From Octopus bimaculoides (lineage: Eukaryota), in NCBI RefSeq assembly GCF_001194135.2, contig NC_068992.1:52146226-52210225 (forward strand): DNA of 64,000 nucleotides, read 5' to 3'. Every line of letters starts with the position of its first letter. Within the stretch, counting starts at the first letter, position 1. The notes under the pieces are model-generated. The model saw nothing but the letters and a program-made list of their open reading frames with translations. It made no database searches and was not told the origin of the DNA. Of this stretch, positions 62,695 to 64,000 are shown piece after piece. The position numbers were made by a program, and so were the translations under genes.

Positions 62695-62977
62695 GCAGGT
62701 ATCTTTGTGTGGTAAGAAATTTACTTCCCAACCACATGGATTTGAGTTCAGTCCCACTGTACCACCTAAGGCAACTATTTTATACTATAGCCTCAGTCCA
62801 ATCAAAACCTTGTGAATAGATTTAGAATATGGAAACTGAAAGAAGCCCATCATATATGTATCTGTGTTTGTATATACATGCATATATATATATATATATA
62901 TTATAGACTGAGGCTGACCAAATCCTTGTGAGTGGATTTTGTACAGAAACTGAAAGACTGTCATATATATGTGCTTC

Positions 62978-63073
<96 letters not shown>

Positions 63074-63265
63074 TGTGTTTGTACCCCACCATTACTTGAC
63101 AACCCATGTTACTGTGTTTACATTCTCACAACTTAGTGGTTCGGCAATAGACACTGATAGAATAAATACTAGGCTTACAAAGAATAAATCCTGTGGTTGA
63201 TTTGTTTGACCAACGGTGGTGCTTCAGCATGGCTGCAGTCACATGACTGAAACAACTAAAACAAT
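62695..63265 (+). mobile_element. SINE family A with internal partial duplication and long (TG)n
   Basis: The segment tatag...ccttgtga.t.gattt...gaaactgaaaga occurs at 62786 and again at 62902. The 3' half ends gactgaaacaactaaaac. Confidence 0.8.
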
Positions 63266-63874
63266 ACAAAAATTATGCCATTTTAATCCTAAGCAAGGCT
63301 GGGTTTCTCTCATAGTATGTATGTATGTATATATATATATATACATATCCACATGCCAACAAGGATCATCTCAGCACTGGTAACATAACATAAACCATTT
63401 ATTTCTTGGGTGGTTGTCTATAATTCTAAACACACTAGTTTGCGGTTATGGATATTTACAGCAAAATAAATATATATTAACTTGTCAAATAAAATTTAGT
63501 GATGAACTGACTAGAAAAAACAAAAAAACAAAAATGCACTTATATTTAGAGATATATTTTCACTGAAATATTTAAGAAAGAGGTTTCTACAATATCTCTT
63601 TCATACTTAGTGGGATATGAAAATATCAAACCACTTCAAAATTAAAATTTCTATTAAATTCCTATTTTACGAAAAAAAAAAAAAAAATTGAACAGGTTAA
63701 GTTGCAAACTAATGTAACTACAATAAGGGTGAAACTAATTACTTTTACAGATTGGAAGTGATGCAAATTAACCAACATTTTAAATTGGAAACCACTGAAT
63801 CATTCATCATAGATTTAAGAAAAAACAGAAGTCATTGAGTTAATTAGAAGCAAATTTATATACATAAATATATA

Positions 63875-63876
63875 TC

Positions 63877-63921
<45 letters not shown>

Positions 63922-64000
63922 TAGATAGATAGATAGATAGATACATACATACATACATACATACATACATACATAAATACATACATACATACATACATAC
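63875..64000. repeat. Compound (TA)n(GA)n(GATA)n(TACA)n microsatellite
   Basis: Directly visible. Confidence 0.95.

Noticed and set aside
1-64000. Most ORFs in the six-frame track ([16 protein letters not shown], poly-D/M/H and X-containing)
   Set aside because: They are translations of microsatellites, trinucleotide tracts or N gaps, with no evidence of coding.

Overview
This is AT-rich, repeat-saturated eukaryotic DNA from a gapped short-read scaffold with seven N-runs, six of them abutting dinucleotide microsatellites. The tRNA-derived SINE families and the very high microsatellite load match what I recall of Octopus genomic DNA (likely O. bimaculoides); that assignment is recognition, not a search result. 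I found no prokaryotic features, no CRISPR array, no true tRNA or rRNA gene, and no intact protein-coding ORF. Almost every ORF in the supplied track is translated microsatellite, gap or chance. Supported content: (i) dozens of copies of four tRNA-headed SINE families (my labels A-D) and a (GAT)n-tailed element (E); (ii) decayed retroelements: four RTE LINE pieces, an R4/NeSL-type restriction-like-endonuclease LINE end, possible Tx1-like pieces, a Penelope-like end with a hammerhead-ribozyme-like motif, and a 165-bp solo LTR with a 4-bp TSD; (iii) DNA transposons: a near full-length decayed Tc1/mariner, two hAT MITE copies, two piggyBac MITE families and a Helitron helicase fragment; (iv) a few small exon candidates on both strands (best: 26508-26630 minus, 41705-41791 plus) that I cannot assign to a named gene. 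The most notable observations are the degenerate minimal hammerhead at 20537-20573, a minisatellite grown out of the mariner catalytic region, a GC-rich insert between 47-bp direct repeats, and well-signalled exons whose most coding-like frame is closed by one stop codon. I cannot support a claim of a new biological system from sequence alone.
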